A stretch of DNA of 34,666 nt from Asterionella formosa (taxonomy: Eukaryota). The stretch lies in contig NKIB01000176.1 of the NCBI GenBank assembly GCA_002256025.1, positions 1-34,666 on the forward strand, given 5' to 3'. The number at the start of each line of letters is the position of its first letter. Within the stretch, counting starts at the first letter, position 1. Position numbers and translations under genes: made by a program. Below are positions 33,371 to 34,666 of the stretch, piece after piece. The notes below the pieces were generated by a model. It made no database searches and was not told the origin of the DNA. It saw nothing but the letters and a program-made list of their open reading frames with translations.

Positions 33371-33887
33371 TCTGATATTCAGGATTTATAATCTATGACG
33401 AATGGAAGAATTATAGACGACAAGTGTAATGACTCTTTTAATGATCCGGTCTGACTCCGATCTGACTAATATCTGACTCCGTGTGAAAAGGAGCTCAACC
33501 AAAGTGTTAAAAGGTGATTGGTAGAGGACAAGGAATTTCGTTGATGTGGCAGCTGATTGAGTGGCCTGCATATACATATAGCAATAGCTAGTGCCATCAT
33601 GAGCTGGTTGTGGTATCCATTGGTGTCGTTTGTTTGAATATATCATAAACCGGTATAGCAGGTACTAAGTAAACAACGCCGAACTAGACATACCGGTATG
33701 TTATTGTCGTTTTGTCAAGCGTCATCACCCCATCGCATCAGTGAGCGAGCCACGAATACAGCATGCATACCGGTAACGGTACCTGGTACACGAATACATA
33801 TTGCTTACTGCTATTATACACTGCCCCTGGTACGGGTATACAGGTTGCGTACATAGAGCTCGCTCAACATGTAGGTACCCTGGTACT

Positions 33888-33977
33888 GCAAGTTGCGGTA
33901 ATTTTGCTTAAACTAACAATTTAATATGGGATAAAGAAAGCTAAACTTTTAGCTTCAGCAAAATTACCGCAACTTGC
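33888..33977. mobile_element. 90-bp MITE-like element, copy 1, perfect 21-bp terminal inverted repeats
   Basis: GCAAGTTGCGGTAATTTTGCT (33888-33908) and its exact reverse complement AGCAAAATTACCGCAACTTGC (33957-33977). The flanks are TGGTACT and TGGTACC. Confidence 0.75.
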
Positions 33978-34062
33978 TGGTACCAGGTACTATGATGAAT
34001 CATGGATATAGCCAACAAGCAACTTGGTTGATGTTATTTACAAACGGTAGGTACTGGCATGT

Positions 34063-34152
34063 GCAAGTTGCGGTCATTTTGCTTAAATAAGCATTTTAAT
34101 ATCGGATAAAGATAGCTAAAGTTTTCGTTTCAGCACCATCACCGCTACTTGC
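34063..34152. mobile_element. 90-bp MITE-like element, copy 2 (diverged)
   Basis: Same length and orientation as copy 1, 76/90 identical by manual ungapped alignment, with degenerate TIRs. Confidence 0.72.
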
Positions 34153-34506
34153 TTGTACATGATTAGGATCATCATACGTTTATACATATATGAGGAAGAA
34201 TATACCCTGATCCTAAACATCGCTCATGGTGTTTGTTGCCTACCGGAATGTAGTCCCGAAATGCGTCACATGGTACCTGGTACCAAAGTAGCACCACATC
34301 GGCGGGCGCTGGTGATTGAATCACATCATCATTATTATTAGCATACATAGCTCTAATTTACAGAATACACGTAATATATTTTATATGTTGCATCCATCAC
34401 ACGATCATCGTCAGGAGATTGATCACACAGTATAGAGACTCAGTGATTACCCTATTTCACACATCTCTTTCTCCCTTGTCGCACTTTGTACGAAACAAGA
34501 ACAGCA

Positions 34507-34666
34507 ATGATGTCTCTTTCTCCCAGAAGCATTCTCGTAGTCGTCGTCCTCTTGCCAAGAGCTTGTTGGTCCTTTGCGCCACTTGCCCCATTATGGCAAA
34601 TAGACGCGCTAAGAACAACGTTTCATTCTGCTTTGCACGCTACTACTTCTACTGCTACTAACAATA
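34507..34666 (+). CDS. 5' end of a plastid-targeted protein gene (partial, runs off the window)
   Basis: MMSLSPRSILVVVVLLPRACWS-FAPLAPLWQIDALRTTFHSALHATTSTATNN...: a signal peptide, an ASAFAP-type cleavage (CWS|FAP) and an S/T-rich transit peptide. The frame is open to the window end. Confidence 0.75.
   Translation, partial: MMSLSPRSILVVVVLLPRACWSFAPLAPLWQIDALRTTFHSALHATTSTATNN

Larger units (their letters stand above)
33645..34290. repeat. TACC(W)GGTA / GGTACC cluster in the divergent promoter region
   Basis: ACATACCGGTATGT 33688-33701, ATACCGGTAACGGTACCTGGTAC ~33767, GGTACCCTGGTAC 33874, GGTACCAGGTAC 33979, GGTACCTGGTACC 34272. Confidence 0.88.

Overview
Eukaryotic nuclear DNA, almost certainly from a diatom or close ochrophyte: it has short GT-AG introns, bipartite signal-peptide plus ASAFAP-type plastid presequences and a diatom-type Copia gag relic. 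There are nine complete protein genes: eIF4G, a GTP cyclohydrolase II + DHBP synthase fusion, an SHPRH-like SNF2/PHD/RING helicase, C14-sterol reductase, a CRAL-TRIO protein, an NTT/TLC-like transporter, a hotdog thioesterase, NTM1 methyltransferase and a lumenal PsbQ-like protein. Two partial genes at the window edges are missing from the ORF track. Accessory blocks (about 20.3-23.9 kb and 25.6-29.9 kb) hold a decayed PIF/Harbinger transposon and other CpG-depleted TE relics. The most notable unexplained structure is a dense family of short palindromic TACC(W)GGTA/GGTACC repeats. It lies upstream of 9 of 10 gene starts and is absent from convergent 3' intergenic gaps and TE relics. Also notable: a RibA-RibB fusion in reversed domain order with a stop-free in-frame intron in the Zn site, a ~170-aa discoidin-like insertion in SHPRH, and a duplicated 90-bp MITE-like hairpin. 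All calls are by eye; no database searches were run.
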